DNA from: an uncultured Sphaerobacteraceae bacterium
GTDB lineage: Bacteria; Chloroflexota; Chloroflexia; Thermomicrobiales; UBA6265
NCBI GenBank assembly: GCA_964610045.1
Contig: CAZSUN010000006.1
Coordinates: 528-64,527 of the forward strand
Direction: 5' to 3'
DNA: 64,000 nt
The translations under genes were made by a program, and so were the position numbers. Below are positions 1 to 9,945 of this stretch, in pieces. The notes beneath the pieces were generated by a model. It was not told the DNA's origin, did no database searches, and was given only the letters and a program-made list of their open reading frames with translations. Within the stretch, counting starts at the first letter, position 1; every line of letters starts with the position of its first letter.

Positions 1-516
1 CCCGCCGCAGGCGAGGTGGTGATTTTCGATCGCAGTTGGTACAACCGCGCCGGCGTCGAGCGCGTGATGGGGTTCGCGTCCGAGTCCGACGTGCAGAAGT
101 TCTTCGATCATGTGATCGGCGTCGAGCGAGCGATGATGGACTCCGGCATCATCCTCGTCAAATACTGGCTTGAAACCAGCATGGAGAATCAGCGGCGGAG
201 CCTTGAGGCCCGGATTCATGACGGGCGCAAGACCTGGAAGCTGAGTCCGATGGACCTGGAGGCTCGACGTCGCTGGTACGACTACTCCCGCGCTCGCGAC
301 GACATGTTCCGGCACACGGATACGGATGACTCACCGTGGCATGTCATTCCCGTCACCGACCGGAGTCGAAAAGGGCTCAATTGCATCGCCCATTTCCTCA
401 GCATGGTGCCGTATGAGGAAATAGCCCGGCCATCGGTCGAGTTGCCGGAGCCCAATCCGCCTGGAGACTACGAAGAGCCTGACTATCCGTACCGTTTCGT
501 CCCGAAGCGGTATTGA
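1..516 (+). CDS. ppk2: polyphosphate kinase 2 (PPK2), C-terminal part; 5' end outside window
   Basis: Frame-1 ORF is open to the window edge. 'FDRSWYNRAGVERVMGF', 'VKYWLETS..EQ..R' and 'WKLSPMDLEARRRWYDYSRA' resemble the PPK2 core and lid region. Confidence 0.85.
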   Translation, partial: PAAGEVVIFDRSWYNRAGVERVMGFASESDVQKFFDHVIGVERAMMDSGIILVKYWLETSMENQRRSLEARIHDGRKTWKLSPMDLEARRRWYDYSRARDDMFRHTDTDDSPWHVIPVTDRSRKGLNCIAHFLSMVPYEEIARPSVELPEPNPPGDYEEPDYPYRFVPKRY

Positions 517-734
517 ACGGGCTCGACATCATCAACATCGTGCTCTTCCGGCATTGAGGTGACGGTCAACAACCCTGACAGGCTGATAGTTCGGAAGACA
601 GGGTCGTCACAAGACATTCCTGGTCGGGACACACAATCACGCTCCGACGGCAGGATCGTGGTTGATGCTGCCACCCGGGCAGTCTTTGTCCAATCCTGGT
701 GAGCCGCCTGTAACCGTCGAAACAGGAAACAGAG

Positions 735-762
735 AAGGGGGTGCATTTTCGTGCACCCCCTT
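735..762. terminator. bidirectional stem-loop between convergent genes
   Basis: Perfect 11-bp inverted repeat AAGGGGGTGCA / TGCACCCCCTT with a 6-nt loop (TTTTCG). It lies 68 nt past the stop of the minus-strand gene ending at 830 and downstream of ppk2. Confidence 0.55.
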
Positions 763-829
763 ATCGTCCGGCGTGACAGACTTGGCAAGCCAGGTCCGGC
801 TATTACGGATCCCGGTGACCGTTTCCTCG

Positions 830-1204
830 CTACGAACTCAGAAGTTTCGTCTTGGCGGCTTCGAATTGCTCGGCGGACAGGATACCTGCTGCCTGCATGT
901 CGGCAAGTTGCTGCAACTGGGCCATCAAATCCGATCCACCCCCTGCTGGAGCAGCAGCGACCGGAGCAGGAACTGCCGCCGCGGCCTGTTGGGCCTGCAT
1001 CGCCTGCAACTGAGCCTGCATGTCGGCGATGTCCGCCTGACTCTGGTATGCCGCCTGATCCGCATCAGCCTGGGCTTGCTGCTGCATCGCCTGGTTCTGG
1101 TAGCGTTGCGCCTGGCGATGGTGAACGGCGCCGGCCGTCCCCGCAACAACCGCCGTTGTCGCCATTGTGCCGATAATTCCTCTGCCACCACGTCGTCGCA
1201 TCAT
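830..1204 (-). CDS. SHOCT domain-containing protein
   Basis: The C-terminal 'LMAQLQQLADMQAAGILSAEQFEAAKTKLL' is a SHOCT-type motif. The middle is Q/A-rich and low-complexity. An AGGAGG sits upstream of the ATG. Confidence 0.7.
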   Translation of the reverse strand: MMRRRGGRGIIGTMATTAVVAGTAGAVHHRQAQRYQNQAMQQQAQADADQAAYQSQADIADMQAQLQAMQAQQAAAAVPAPVAAAPAGGGSDLMAQLQQLADMQAAGILSAEQFEAAKTKLLSS

Positions 1205-1246
1205 GACTGTCTTCCTCCTGGACTCGGAAACTCGCTTGAGTCCGAA

Positions 1247-1672
1247 CTAGATTCCCGACGCCTCGGCGAGAACCGCGTCGATCACGTCTCGCGGAATGCG
1301 CTCGTTCAGCAGGACCTCGCCGTTCGCGTTGAGAACTGCCTGAACGAAACGCGCTGCCCAGGAGTTCTCGAACAACAACAGGGCGGCCGACGAATTGGGC
1401 TCGAGCAGTTCGCCGAACCGCTCTCCATCCTCCTGCGACAGCAGTTCGTCTTCGTGCTGGGAGATAGGGGTGAGAATCGCAGCAACGGCATCGCCGAGGC
1501 CATCGACTTCCACCACGGCGATGTTGCCGTCACCGTCCTTGAGGACAAAGAGCAGGTCGATGATCCGGACGATACCGGTATCAATCAGCTCCTGCAGCGC
1601 TGGCACGATTTCTCCCGAAAACTGGTTGCCGGGAAACTTGAGGACGACAAACTCAATTGGTCCGTAGGTCAT
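1247..1672 (-). CDS. DUF6325-like protein (operon partner of the SHOCT gene)
   Basis: Starts 'MTYGPIEFVVLKFPGNQFSGEIVPAL..GIVRIIDLLFVLKD', as recalled for DUF6325. AAGGAG lies 7 nt upstream of the ATG at 1672. The track ORF (to 1702) is probably 10 codons too long. Confidence 0.6.
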   Translation of the reverse strand: MTYGPIEFVVLKFPGNQFSGEIVPALQELIDTGIVRIIDLLFVLKDGDGNIAVVEVDGLGDAVAAILTPISQHEDELLSQEDGERFGELLEPNSSAALLLFENSWAARFVQAVLNANGEVLLNERIPRDVIDAVLAEASGI

Positions 1673-1911
1673 ACGAACTCCTTTCAGGCTGAACCAAACC
1701 AAATGCCGTGAAGCGCAGACACTCGGGTGACAAGCGGCACCGCCAGTGCACTTCGGTCATTGCCCTTCGCGCGAATGGTAATCGAATTGTCTCGGAGTGG
1801 ACTCCCTTCCAGTACGTCGAAAGCGAAGCGATGCCCGGACGAGAGAGTCGTTGCCTGGTCCGGCAGGGGGTTGAGGACGAGCGGCTCGTTGATGGAGCAC
1901 GGGAGTCGGCT

Positions 1912-3711
1912 TCAGCCTGGATGAGGTCCAGATTGATCGGGAAGATGCTGGCGCGAGACATCCGGGAAGGCGTATCCAGGGTCGTCCTCCCAGTCAACCC
2001 AACTGATTCCGAACTCGTCGACGAACCTCTGTACCGCTACGCCAATGGTTGGGTAGAAGTACTCCTTGCCAATCCGATCCTCCAGTCCGAACTGCCGGAG
2101 GCCGTCCTTTACCGGGTCCTTCATCTCTGCAAAGGTCAATTCGATATGCTGCGTCTTGAGTTCCGCCGCAAGTGCATCGAGCATATCGGCGGCCGTGGAA
2201 TCGACACTCGCAATCGGCTCAGCTGCCACGACCACCCGGCGAATCGGCGGCTCGCCCTTACGAACCGCCGCCAGCAAGCGCGTCCGGAATACACCCGCGT
2301 TGGCGAAAAACAGCGGCCCATCGAAACGGAACAGAACCAGGCCGGGCACCTGGCGGGCCCGGGAGTAGCGCGTGATGTCGTGGTAACCCTTGACTCCTTC
2401 AGCCCGGCCGAGCACCGCAGCGTAGGGATGCCAGGCTCGCCACAGGAATGCAAGGATCGACAAACCAACTGCGAACAGGACCCCCTGGAGCACGCCATAG
2501 ACGGCGACCCCTAGCAGGCTGATGGCCGCCAGGCCGAAATCTGGACGGTAGACCTGCCAAAGCCGCTGGAAGACCTTGATTTCGATCAGCCCGAGGACTG
2601 CGGCGATCACGATGGCAGCCAGAACGGCGGTCGGAAGGTTGACAAACAACTCGCTTCCAAACACCAGGACGATTGCCAGCCCCGCCGCGCTGATGAGTCC
2701 CGTCAGCTGGGTCTGGGCGCCAGACGCCTCCGCTACCGGCGTTCGGGAACTGCTGCTGGAAATGGGAAACCCCTGGAAAAATCCGGAAAGAAGGTTTGCT
2801 CCGCCAAGCGCGCGCAACTCCTGATTCTGATCGACTTCGGCACCGGCCCGGGTGGCATACGATCGGGAGAGGACGGTCGTGTCCGCGAAGGCGATCAACG
2901 CGATTGCCATTGCCGGCAATGCCAGTTCCCCAATTACACCCGCGTCCATTGCTGGCAGGACAAAACCGGGAAGACCCTCCGGAAGGCTTCCCACCGAGTC
3001 AAGATCGAGATTGAACCAGACGTTGGCGAGTGTCCCAAGGATCACGACGACCAGCGCGGAAGGAATCTTCGCGTTGACCCTTCGCAGCACCAGGATGGCG
3101 AACAGCGCGACGATGCCAACAGTGGCGGTCGCTGCATCCGTTTCGTCCAGTCCCTGCACCAGTCCCTTGAGGTTGCCGAGAAAATCTTCGCCTTCGACAG
3201 AGAATCCGAGCAAGCCCGGTACCTGGCTGACAATAACAGTCGCCGCGATACCCGCCAGGTATCCAAGACGAACTGGCCTGGACAGGAGATCAGCGATAAA
3301 GCCCAGACCAGCCAGGCCGCCGACCAGGCAGAAGATCCCCACCAGGATTGCTGCCAGTCCGGCCAACGCGACCCGCTCCGAGGAGTCGGCGCCGGCGATC
3401 GGAATGATCGCCGCCGCCACGACGGGAGCGACCGCTGAGTCCGGCCCGAGCACGAGAATGCGCGAAGGACCGAGAATCGCGTACACGATCAACGGGATCA
3501 TGGTTGCGTACAGGCCGTGCACTGGTGGCAGACCGGCCAACTCCGAGTAAGCGATGCCCTGTGGTACGAGCATCGCCACCAGCACCACCCCGGCAATCAG
3601 ATCGCCAGTCAACCACTCCCGCCGGTACGACCGTGCGACGGCAAGTCCCGGTACCCAGCGAGCGGTCTCGTCTCCCAAGTTTGTCCTGTGCGAAACCAGG
3701 CGAGTTCCCAT
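1912..3711 (-). CDS. SulP family inorganic anion transporter with C-terminal STAS domain
   Basis: 599 aa and multi-TM. The N-terminal 'REWLTGDLIAGVVLVAMLVPQGIAYSELAGLPP' is SulP-typical. The C-terminal 'LVLFRFDGPLFFANAGVF...DSTAADML' is STAS-like. Confidence 0.9.
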   Translation of the reverse strand: MGTRLVSHRTNLGDETARWVPGLAVARSYRREWLTGDLIAGVVLVAMLVPQGIAYSELAGLPPVHGLYATMIPLIVYAILGPSRILVLGPDSAVAPVVAAAIIPIAGADSSERVALAGLAAILVGIFCLVGGLAGLGFIADLLSRPVRLGYLAGIAATVIVSQVPGLLGFSVEGEDFLGNLKGLVQGLDETDAATATVGIVALFAILVLRRVNAKIPSALVVVILGTLANVWFNLDLDSVGSLPEGLPGFVLPAMDAGVIGELALPAMAIALIAFADTTVLSRSYATRAGAEVDQNQELRALGGANLLSGFFQGFPISSSSSRTPVAEASGAQTQLTGLISAAGLAIVLVFGSELFVNLPTAVLAAIVIAAVLGLIEIKVFQRLWQVYRPDFGLAAISLLGVAVYGVLQGVLFAVGLSILAFLWRAWHPYAAVLGRAEGVKGYHDITRYSRARQVPGLVLFRFDGPLFFANAGVFRTRLLAAVRKGEPPIRRVVVAAEPIASVDSTAADMLDALAAELKTQHIELTFAEMKDPVKDGLRQFGLEDRIGKEYFYPTIGVAVQRFVDEFGISWVDWEDDPGYAFPDVSRQHLPDQSGPHPG

Positions 3712-4271
3712 CTGACACCATGTGAGTGCATCGTACGACTGTCAAAACTGGCAGGAATGTACCATCATCATGGGCATCCTGACGTATCCCGCCGCGAACA
3801 AGCGCCGCAGTCAACCCGGCTTTCGTTGTTGTGCCGGACATCGACACGGGATACCTGCTACCGGCTGCTCCACACTGCAAAACCCGCACACCATGACATC
3901 ATGTTCGCTGACACCAGCCGTCCGATATACGCCATTGGACTCATGCCGGCACCCGCGATCTGATCTATGGTGACCAGGACAGCAGCACGCGGACTGCCAT
4001 GTGCTCGGCGATGGAAGCACCGCAGCCGGAATATGGCCGATTGAGGTGGCCGTTGTTTCATGGTGACGCGAGCAGGGGACCACCACGGGCGTTCAACGCA
4101 AGCCAATGTACCGTGGTGGGAACTTTGTGGCGATGGACATCTGGCTTGCTGGCAACACCGGGAATGCGTGGCGCAGTACGGCGGATATGACGGTATGTCC
4201 GTGGTCACGGCTACGTCGTTTCGGTTCGTTTCGTGCGATAGTTGGAACATCGGTCATCTGTCGCAGGTCGG

Positions 4272-5690
4272 ATGCGCGAAATCGGAGCATGGATGGCAGC
4301 AATCGAGTCGAACCCTTCTGTTGGCAACCGGCTCGACAGTCCCGCCAAGCCGGCAGTCTCTCCTCGCTGGCGAACGTGGCTCCGACGTGGCTGGTCGTGG
4401 TTCCTCCGCGTGCTGTTGGTGATCCTCCTGCTGGCGTGGTGGTTCGTCCTCCGCATCGAGCAGCATGACAATTGGCCACCACCAGCCGACGCGGTGAGTG
4501 CCGCCCAGGCCCAGGCTGTGACCGAAGAGTTCATGGGGCAGGACGACGTCACCATCAACGATATCGCTATCCCTCTTGCGACATCGACTGCCGATTCCGT
4601 CGAATTCTTCTCGGATGGCCCGCAATTCTTTCCGAGAATGGCGGATGACATGTCCGCTGCCACATCGTCCATCCACATTCTTGTCTTCACCATCACACCG
4701 GGACAGGTGGCGGATCGCCTCGTCTCGATCCTCTCCGAGCGAGTGGCGGCAGGAGTCGAAGTCCGCGTCATCGTCGACCGCTATGGCGCCAAGGTGGACG
4801 GCAAGTCTCAACCGATTTTCGACGCACTGACTGCGGCGGGCGTGGAAGTCGTTGTCAACGACATCTTCCCACTCGACCGGGACGGACTCCTCGGTTCGGG
4901 TGGAATTGACCCCTGGCAGGATGAAGTGGGCAGTGCCGATCACCGGAAAATGCTTGTGATCGACGGGAAGATCGGCTGGATCGGCGGTGCTGGCTTCGAG
5001 GATCACTTCTACGATGGCCGCTATCACGACGCCTTTGTGCGAGTGACTGGCGATGTCGTGCGCCAGATGCAGCTGGTATTTTTCACGAGTTTCCACGCTT
5101 TGGGGGGGCCGACTCCCGCCAATGGGCTCGACCGATTCTTCACTGCCCCGGCTGTGCCGGGTACGATTCCGGCAACCGTTCTGCACAATGTGCCAGGCGG
5201 ATTCGTGCCGGGTACGCAAGCCATGGGTGAGATGATCGAGCAGGCGCAGGAGCGGCTCGACATCCTCAATCCGTATCTCGCCGATCCGGACATGATCGAC
5301 CGCATCATCGACGCCGGAAAGCGCGGAGTGTCGGTTCGGGTTGTGCTCCCGGGAAACTCGAACGTGACCCAGGCACGGGACGCCGCCGAACATAACTACC
5401 CCGCCCTGTTCGACGCGGGCGTCCAGATCTACGAGCATGAGACGATCATTCATTCCAAAGTGATCGTCGCCGACGACCGTGTCATCATCGGTACGATCAA
5501 TTTCGACTCATGGGCTCTATATCGCAACAACGAAATCGCCATCATGTTCGAGGATCCGGCAGTTGCTGACCAGGCAGAGCAGATCCTCATTGATGACGCT
5601 CTCGCGCGAGCCCAACCGGCTGAATTGCCGGAGGGGTTCTGGAATCGAGTGCAGAACTGGTTCTGGGACAAGCTGGTGTACTTCTTCTAG
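4272..5690 (+). CDS. cls: phospholipase D / cardiolipin synthase family protein
   Basis: Two HKD motifs ('HRKMLVIDGKIGWIGGAG' and 'IHSKVIVADDRVIIGTINFD') and an N-terminal TM ('WFLRVLLVILLLAWWFVL'). The start is uncertain: TTG 4242, ATG 4272 or ATG 4293. Confidence 0.8.
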   Translation: MREIGAWMAAIESNPSVGNRLDSPAKPAVSPRWRTWLRRGWSWFLRVLLVILLLAWWFVLRIEQHDNWPPPADAVSAAQAQAVTEEFMGQDDVTINDIAIPLATSTADSVEFFSDGPQFFPRMADDMSAATSSIHILVFTITPGQVADRLVSILSERVAAGVEVRVIVDRYGAKVDGKSQPIFDALTAAGVEVVVNDIFPLDRDGLLGSGGIDPWQDEVGSADHRKMLVIDGKIGWIGGAGFEDHFYDGRYHDAFVRVTGDVVRQMQLVFFTSFHALGGPTPANGLDRFFTAPAVPGTIPATVLHNVPGGFVPGTQAMGEMIEQAQERLDILNPYLADPDMIDRIIDAGKRGVSVRVVLPGNSNVTQARDAAEHNYPALFDAGVQIYEHETIIHSKVIVADDRVIIGTINFDSWALYRNNEIAIMFEDPAVADQAEQILIDDALARAQPAELPEGFWNRVQNWFWDKLVYFF

Positions 5691-6234
5691 CCAGTGTGGT
5701 TCATCGACCCATACGGAATCCAGGTGAGTATTCCTGGGATTTCCGGGATCGGCAGGGCTTGTTTTTGCCGAGATCAGGCAGCGACAAGCTCTGCCAAGAC
5801 CACGATGCTCCCCAACCATTCATCCGGAATGGTTCTGGTCGGATCGGCGATAGGCGGTGGAACGGCGATCGGGAAATCCTGATCGCCGTTTCGTTTCCTC
5901 CCGGCTTGGCCGCGATATCGGATGCCCTGGTCTACGCCGCCATCCAGATGAGAACGGTGATGAAACTGACGCTGGCGATGGCCATCACCATGAGCAGGAT
6001 CGCCAGCCAGCCGCCAGGATCGTGCTCCGTGGGCTCAATGCCGCGAGATTCCACGACTCCCAGGGTATCGTCAGGGACCGGTGATTGATCCAGCCCAGCG
6101 CGTTCTTCCGGTTGTCGTTTGCGGGCTGGCCGCCGCGCTACGTTCAGGCTCATTGCGCACACCTGTCCAGTCACTTCGGAGGGTACATCGGGTCGACGAG
6201 TGGTGTCCGCCAGCGTGGCGGGGCGGAAGGGTTG

Positions 6235-7551
6235 CTAGAACGCGCCACCGAGCAGAGGATAGAGCAACTGCTCCCACCGCGCCGACACTGTCTCGCGATA
6301 CTGTTCTTCAGTCACGATGCGTATCAGCCGACGATGTTCCTCGTACCGCTTGAAGTCGGCGTCCTCGAGTCCGACAACCTCCCGCCACGGCATGAGGGAG
6401 CGAAAGCCAACGGGCGGACGATCGAACGCGACCCATGCATCCGTCTTCCAGCGCTCGGGCTTGGGGATGTCGATGAGGACAGCCGTATCCGGAACTGGTT
6501 CACCAAGGGATACCGAGAGACTGCGCGCCAGCTCGATCTCAACACCACGGCGCGCCCTCGGGTCGTACCAGAGATTGCCGAGACGGGCGTAGAGCTCAAA
6601 CGATCGAGCGCTGACCTCCACCGCACGTTTGTGGATACGCCGCTGCACGAGATCGCCTGCAAGACGCCTGGTCGCCTCTGGCTGGGTTCGTTCCTCCAGG
6701 AGTGAGATCAGCGAAGCGTCGTGATGACCTGTCAGGGAATCCGCTGACAAAGCGCCGGCGATCAGAGATTCCTGCACGGCGCGTAACAGCATCACCATGC
6801 AGGCGCGATTGGTATGGTGCCAGTAGACGTTGTCAAACATCTCCTGCCGGGCATTGATCAGCGAGTGGAGCGGGCTGACACCCTTGTGGGTAATGGCGAG
6901 CGTGGGTCCAGGCGCGGCTCCCGCGGATTCCGGCACATCCACGATGGTTAACGAATCCAGCAACCTGCTCGTGTCAACGCCTCCATAGGGCACGGAACAC
7001 CCCTGGGCATCGCGCGGCAGATAGTCGAGCTTGTCCATATCGAGCGTACCGGAGAGCAGTCCACGTAGGACTTGCTGTCCGGGAGTCAGTTCGTCCAGGT
7101 CGCCGTGGATCATCGCCGCCACCGACACTGGACGAACCCCCCAAAATTGACCCAGAATCGATGACAACCCGGACTCCTCGATCAGGGTACGTCCAACTGC
7201 TTCATGCGAACGGACGGGCGGTCCGAGCTCCTCGATCGCATGGGAATAGGGATAGTGACCGACATCATGCAGCAGGGCGGCAGCGATTGCGGTTCTGGCA
7301 TCGAGTTCACTGAACCAGTGGTTGCCGAATTGCTGCCAAAGCTGACAGACAGCCATTCGCGTCAGGTGCATAACGCCCAACGAGTGGGCGAACCGGGAGT
7401 GGCGCGCCCCAGGCCAAATCCGGGAGACGAATCCGAGTTGCTGGATGCCATCGAGCCTGAGGAAAGCAGGTGAATCCATGACGGCGAGATCCGCGTCGGT
7501 GAGTGGAATCCTGTCATACAGGGCATCGCGCACCTGGCGTACCGGCGTCAT
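6235..7551 (-). CDS. HD-domain dNTP triphosphohydrolase-like protein (SAMHD1/EF1143-like)
   Basis: Contains 'HSRFAHSLGVMHL', 'LLHDVGHYPYSHAIEE' and 'DMDKLDYLPRDAQ..GVPYG'. The first in-frame ATG is at 7551; the track start at 7581 is a TTG. Confidence 0.8.
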   Translation of the reverse strand: MTPVRQVRDALYDRIPLTDADLAVMDSPAFLRLDGIQQLGFVSRIWPGARHSRFAHSLGVMHLTRMAVCQLWQQFGNHWFSELDARTAIAAALLHDVGHYPYSHAIEELGPPVRSHEAVGRTLIEESGLSSILGQFWGVRPVSVAAMIHGDLDELTPGQQVLRGLLSGTLDMDKLDYLPRDAQGCSVPYGGVDTSRLLDSLTIVDVPESAGAAPGPTLAITHKGVSPLHSLINARQEMFDNVYWHHTNRACMVMLLRAVQESLIAGALSADSLTGHHDASLISLLEERTQPEATRRLAGDLVQRRIHKRAVEVSARSFELYARLGNLWYDPRARRGVEIELARSLSVSLGEPVPDTAVLIDIPKPERWKTDAWVAFDRPPVGFRSLMPWREVVGLEDADFKRYEEHRRLIRIVTEEQYRETVSARWEQLLYPLLGGAF

Positions 7552-7712
7552 TCCAAACAGGTTGTCACATCGAGTTTCCAAAAGCGTCCTGCACTATTCA
7601 CTCCGGGCCATTCCTGAAGGCAGGATACATGGGCGCGCTGCATTGGTGAGTGGGATAATCCGGGGGCAAGGTTCGTCATTCCTTCTGCCTGATCCGGGAG
7701 CAACCGCACCAC

Positions 7713-8630
7713 ATGAGCGTCCTGCGCAAATCGGTCATTGCCGTCGCCGATAACCCGGCCGTCTCCCGCGCCTTCCACACAGAGGCTGTCAGGCGACGCC
7801 TGGTCGAACGGTTTGTTGCTGGAGAGTCGCTGGACAGCGCACTCACCGCGGCGCAAGGATTCAAGGGTGAAGGCATCACCACGACTCTTGACCTGCTTGG
7901 CGAAAACGTCACATCGGTCGAACAGGCCGAATCAGCCGTCTCGACATACCAGGCAATCCTGCTCGCGATGCAGGCGCAGGGACTCGACCCGAACATCTCG
8001 GTCAAATTGACCATGCTGGGACTCGATTTCGGTGAAGATGTCGCGCTGTCAAACATGAAGTCGATCCTGGCGTCGGCACAGGAAGCCAACGGATTTGTCC
8101 GGATCGACATGGAGGGTTCCGCCTACACCGATGTCACGATGCGCGTTTTCGAGCACCTCTACGCCAGGTACCCGAAGCAGGTCGGAATCGTGATCCAGGC
8201 ATACCTGCATCGAGCCGAGGCCGACATCGAACGCACGATCGAACTGGGGGCGCGTGTGCGATTGGTAAAGGGAGCCTATGCCGAGCCCCCTGAAGTCGCC
8301 ATCCAGGACAAATCGCAGATTGACGCGAACTTCGGCCGATTGGCTCAACGCCTCCTGAGCGATGGGAACTATCCAGCAATCGCCACGCATGATCTCGACC
8401 TCGTCCGATCAGCGATCGAGTACGCACGTGTTCGACAGGTCTCGCCTGAGCGGTATGAGTTCCAGATGCTGTACGGCGTACGAAGAGACCAGCAATCAGC
8501 ACTGGTTGACGACGGGTACCGCATGCGTGTCTACGTTCCATACGGGACCGAATGGTATCCGTACTTCACGAGAAGAATTGCGGAACGGCCAGCCAACGCA
8601 CTGTTCGTCCTGCGACAATTGCGTGGCTAA
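7713..8630 (+). CDS. proline dehydrogenase family protein
   Basis: 'VRIDMEGSAYTD', 'IVIQAYLHRAEADI', 'RLVKGAYAEP', 'IATHD' and 'FQMLYGVRRD...YVPYGTEWYPYFTRRIAERPAN' are ProDH (monofunctional PutA-like) signatures. Confidence 0.85.
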   Translation: MSVLRKSVIAVADNPAVSRAFHTEAVRRRLVERFVAGESLDSALTAAQGFKGEGITTTLDLLGENVTSVEQAESAVSTYQAILLAMQAQGLDPNISVKLTMLGLDFGEDVALSNMKSILASAQEANGFVRIDMEGSAYTDVTMRVFEHLYARYPKQVGIVIQAYLHRAEADIERTIELGARVRLVKGAYAEPPEVAIQDKSQIDANFGRLAQRLLSDGNYPAIATHDLDLVRSAIEYARVRQVSPERYEFQMLYGVRRDQQSALVDDGYRMRVYVPYGTEWYPYFTRRIAERPANALFVLRQLRG

Positions 8631-8636
8631 CGGGTA

Positions 8637-8990
8637 TCAATCGGCAACTGTCTGGGCGTCGATATCCATCCCCGAACCCTGTGTGTCGATCACGGGATGA
8701 AGTTCCCGCGCCTCCTTCAACCGCCGAACGATATCGATCGGCGGTACGCCGCCGTCCAGCAAGCCCATGATGTAGCAGGCCAGAGTCGTTCGCACGCGAT
8801 CGCTTGGATACATGGTGAGCGACAACTGAAGCGATCGGACAGCCTGCTTGTGGTGGTTCTTGACTGTCCAGACGCTCAGTCCAAGTTGGGCGGAAATTTC
8901 CTCATAGCTCATGCCATAAGCCTGCAGACGGAGCACTTCCCGCTGTCGGGGCGTCAAGGTCGTGCCACGGTCGTATGCCGCTGTCGCCAT
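8637..8990 (-). CDS. LuxR-type HTH DNA-binding protein (small, no receiver domain)
   Basis: 'LTPRQREVLRLQAYGMSYEEISAQLGLSVWTVKNHHKQAVRSL' is a GerE/LuxR HTH. The ATG at 8990 is preceded by AGGAG. The track ORF (to 9116) looks over-extended. Confidence 0.7.
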   Translation of the reverse strand: MATAAYDRGTTLTPRQREVLRLQAYGMSYEEISAQLGLSVWTVKNHHKQAVRSLQLSLTMYPSDRVRTTLACYIMGLLDGGVPPIDIVRRLKEARELHPVIDTQGSGMDIDAQTVAD

Positions 8991-9157
8991 GTGGATTCTC
9001 CTGGTCCCTGGAGAGGGTGCGCTACTCACGCCCATGCCTGAGTGCGGTACCTGTTCCCTCGCACCCACCAGTCTAGGGAAGCCAATGCCTGGTGACCAAG
9101 GGGGTGTATGGCCCATGAGTTCTCAGCCATCAGGTCCTGCAACTGGCTCCAGCGAAC

Positions 9158-9184
9158 CATGACCCACGGGGGAAATGGGTCATG
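9158..9184. promoter_or_regulatory. 9-bp perfect inverted repeat in the divergent LuxR/DUF1232 intergenic region (candidate operator)
   Basis: CATGACCCA-N9-TGGGTCATG lies inside a 400-nt non-coding gap (8991-9390). Confidence 0.3.
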
Positions 9185-9390
9185 TGACCAATCAGTCAGA
9201 GCCAGAGGAAATGACGTTATGCCGTGAGCTGCTACCGTTGGATCGAGACGATCCGCGACTGCGGTTCGCTGCCGCCGTGCGCCCAATTCCTTCCAGAACC
9301 AGATCCCACCCCCTCGCAACCTGCATCCTGAACTGTCACCATGTCCGGAGTTCAACCTGTGATGTGGAGGTACGATCTGGAGGTGCTCCG

Positions 9391-9945
9391 ATGGTCCAAT
9401 CGTCGAACGAAGGTAGAGCACAACAGGAGAACCCGGCCAGCGGAACTGTTGAGCCAGGTGTGACCGGTCCCGTCTGGGACCTCATCCGGCGGCTGCCGAG
9501 GTACGCGAAAGTCGTGGCGTCGATGACCGTGGACGATCAGGTTCCACTCGCGGCGAAGGGGCTTCTCCTGGCTGCGGGTGCGTATCTCGTGTCCCCGGTT
9601 GACGCCATACCCGGTATCATTCCCATCGCTGGGCAACTCGACGACCTCTATGTCGTCCTGACAGGTTTGCAGTTGGCGGTGCGATTGTGCCCACCAGGAG
9701 TGGCCGACGGGCATTTCCGCTCGGTCGGTCTCGATCCAGCTATTGTTGACGACGATCTCGCCAGCATCCGCCGGTTCGTCAAGCGAGGAGTCACCTGGAC
9801 CCTTCAACGAGGGAGCGCCCTGTTTGCAGGTGCCTCCCGGCAGGTGACTTTGCTCGCAACCCGATTGGGACAACGAGGAGAAATACGCGATGACCAGGAA
9901 CCGTGGACCGAGAGACCGGCGACGCCGGAATCGGGATCGACCTGA
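9391..9945 (+). CDS. DUF1232 (YkvA-like) domain membrane protein
   Basis: 'LLLAAGAYLVSPVDAIPGIIPIAGQLDDLYVVL' matches the DUF1232 core as recalled. The ATG at 9391 is preceded by two GGAGG motifs. The upstream part of the track ORF (from 9175) is not protein-like. Confidence 0.65.
   Translation: MVQSSNEGRAQQENPASGTVEPGVTGPVWDLIRRLPRYAKVVASMTVDDQVPLAAKGLLLAAGAYLVSPVDAIPGIIPIAGQLDDLYVVLTGLQLAVRLCPPGVADGHFRSVGLDPAIVDDDLASIRRFVKRGVTWTLQRGSALFAGASRQVTLLATRLGQRGEIRDDQEPWTERPATPESGST

Noticed and set aside
662-1711. 349-aa plus-strand ORF spanning the SHOCT and DUF6325-like genes, and a 141-aa ORF at 751-1176.
   Set aside because: The composition is implausible, and it runs through the terminator hairpin and opposite two genes with good SDs and motifs.
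5932-6174. Small minus-strand ORF ending in a hydrophobic helix ('GGWLAILLMVMAIASVSFITVLIWMAA').
   Set aside because: It is plausibly a tail-anchored mini-protein downstream of the HD gene. However, neither candidate start (GTG 6174 or ATG 6153) has a convincing SD and I recognise no homolog, so it is not reported as a feature.
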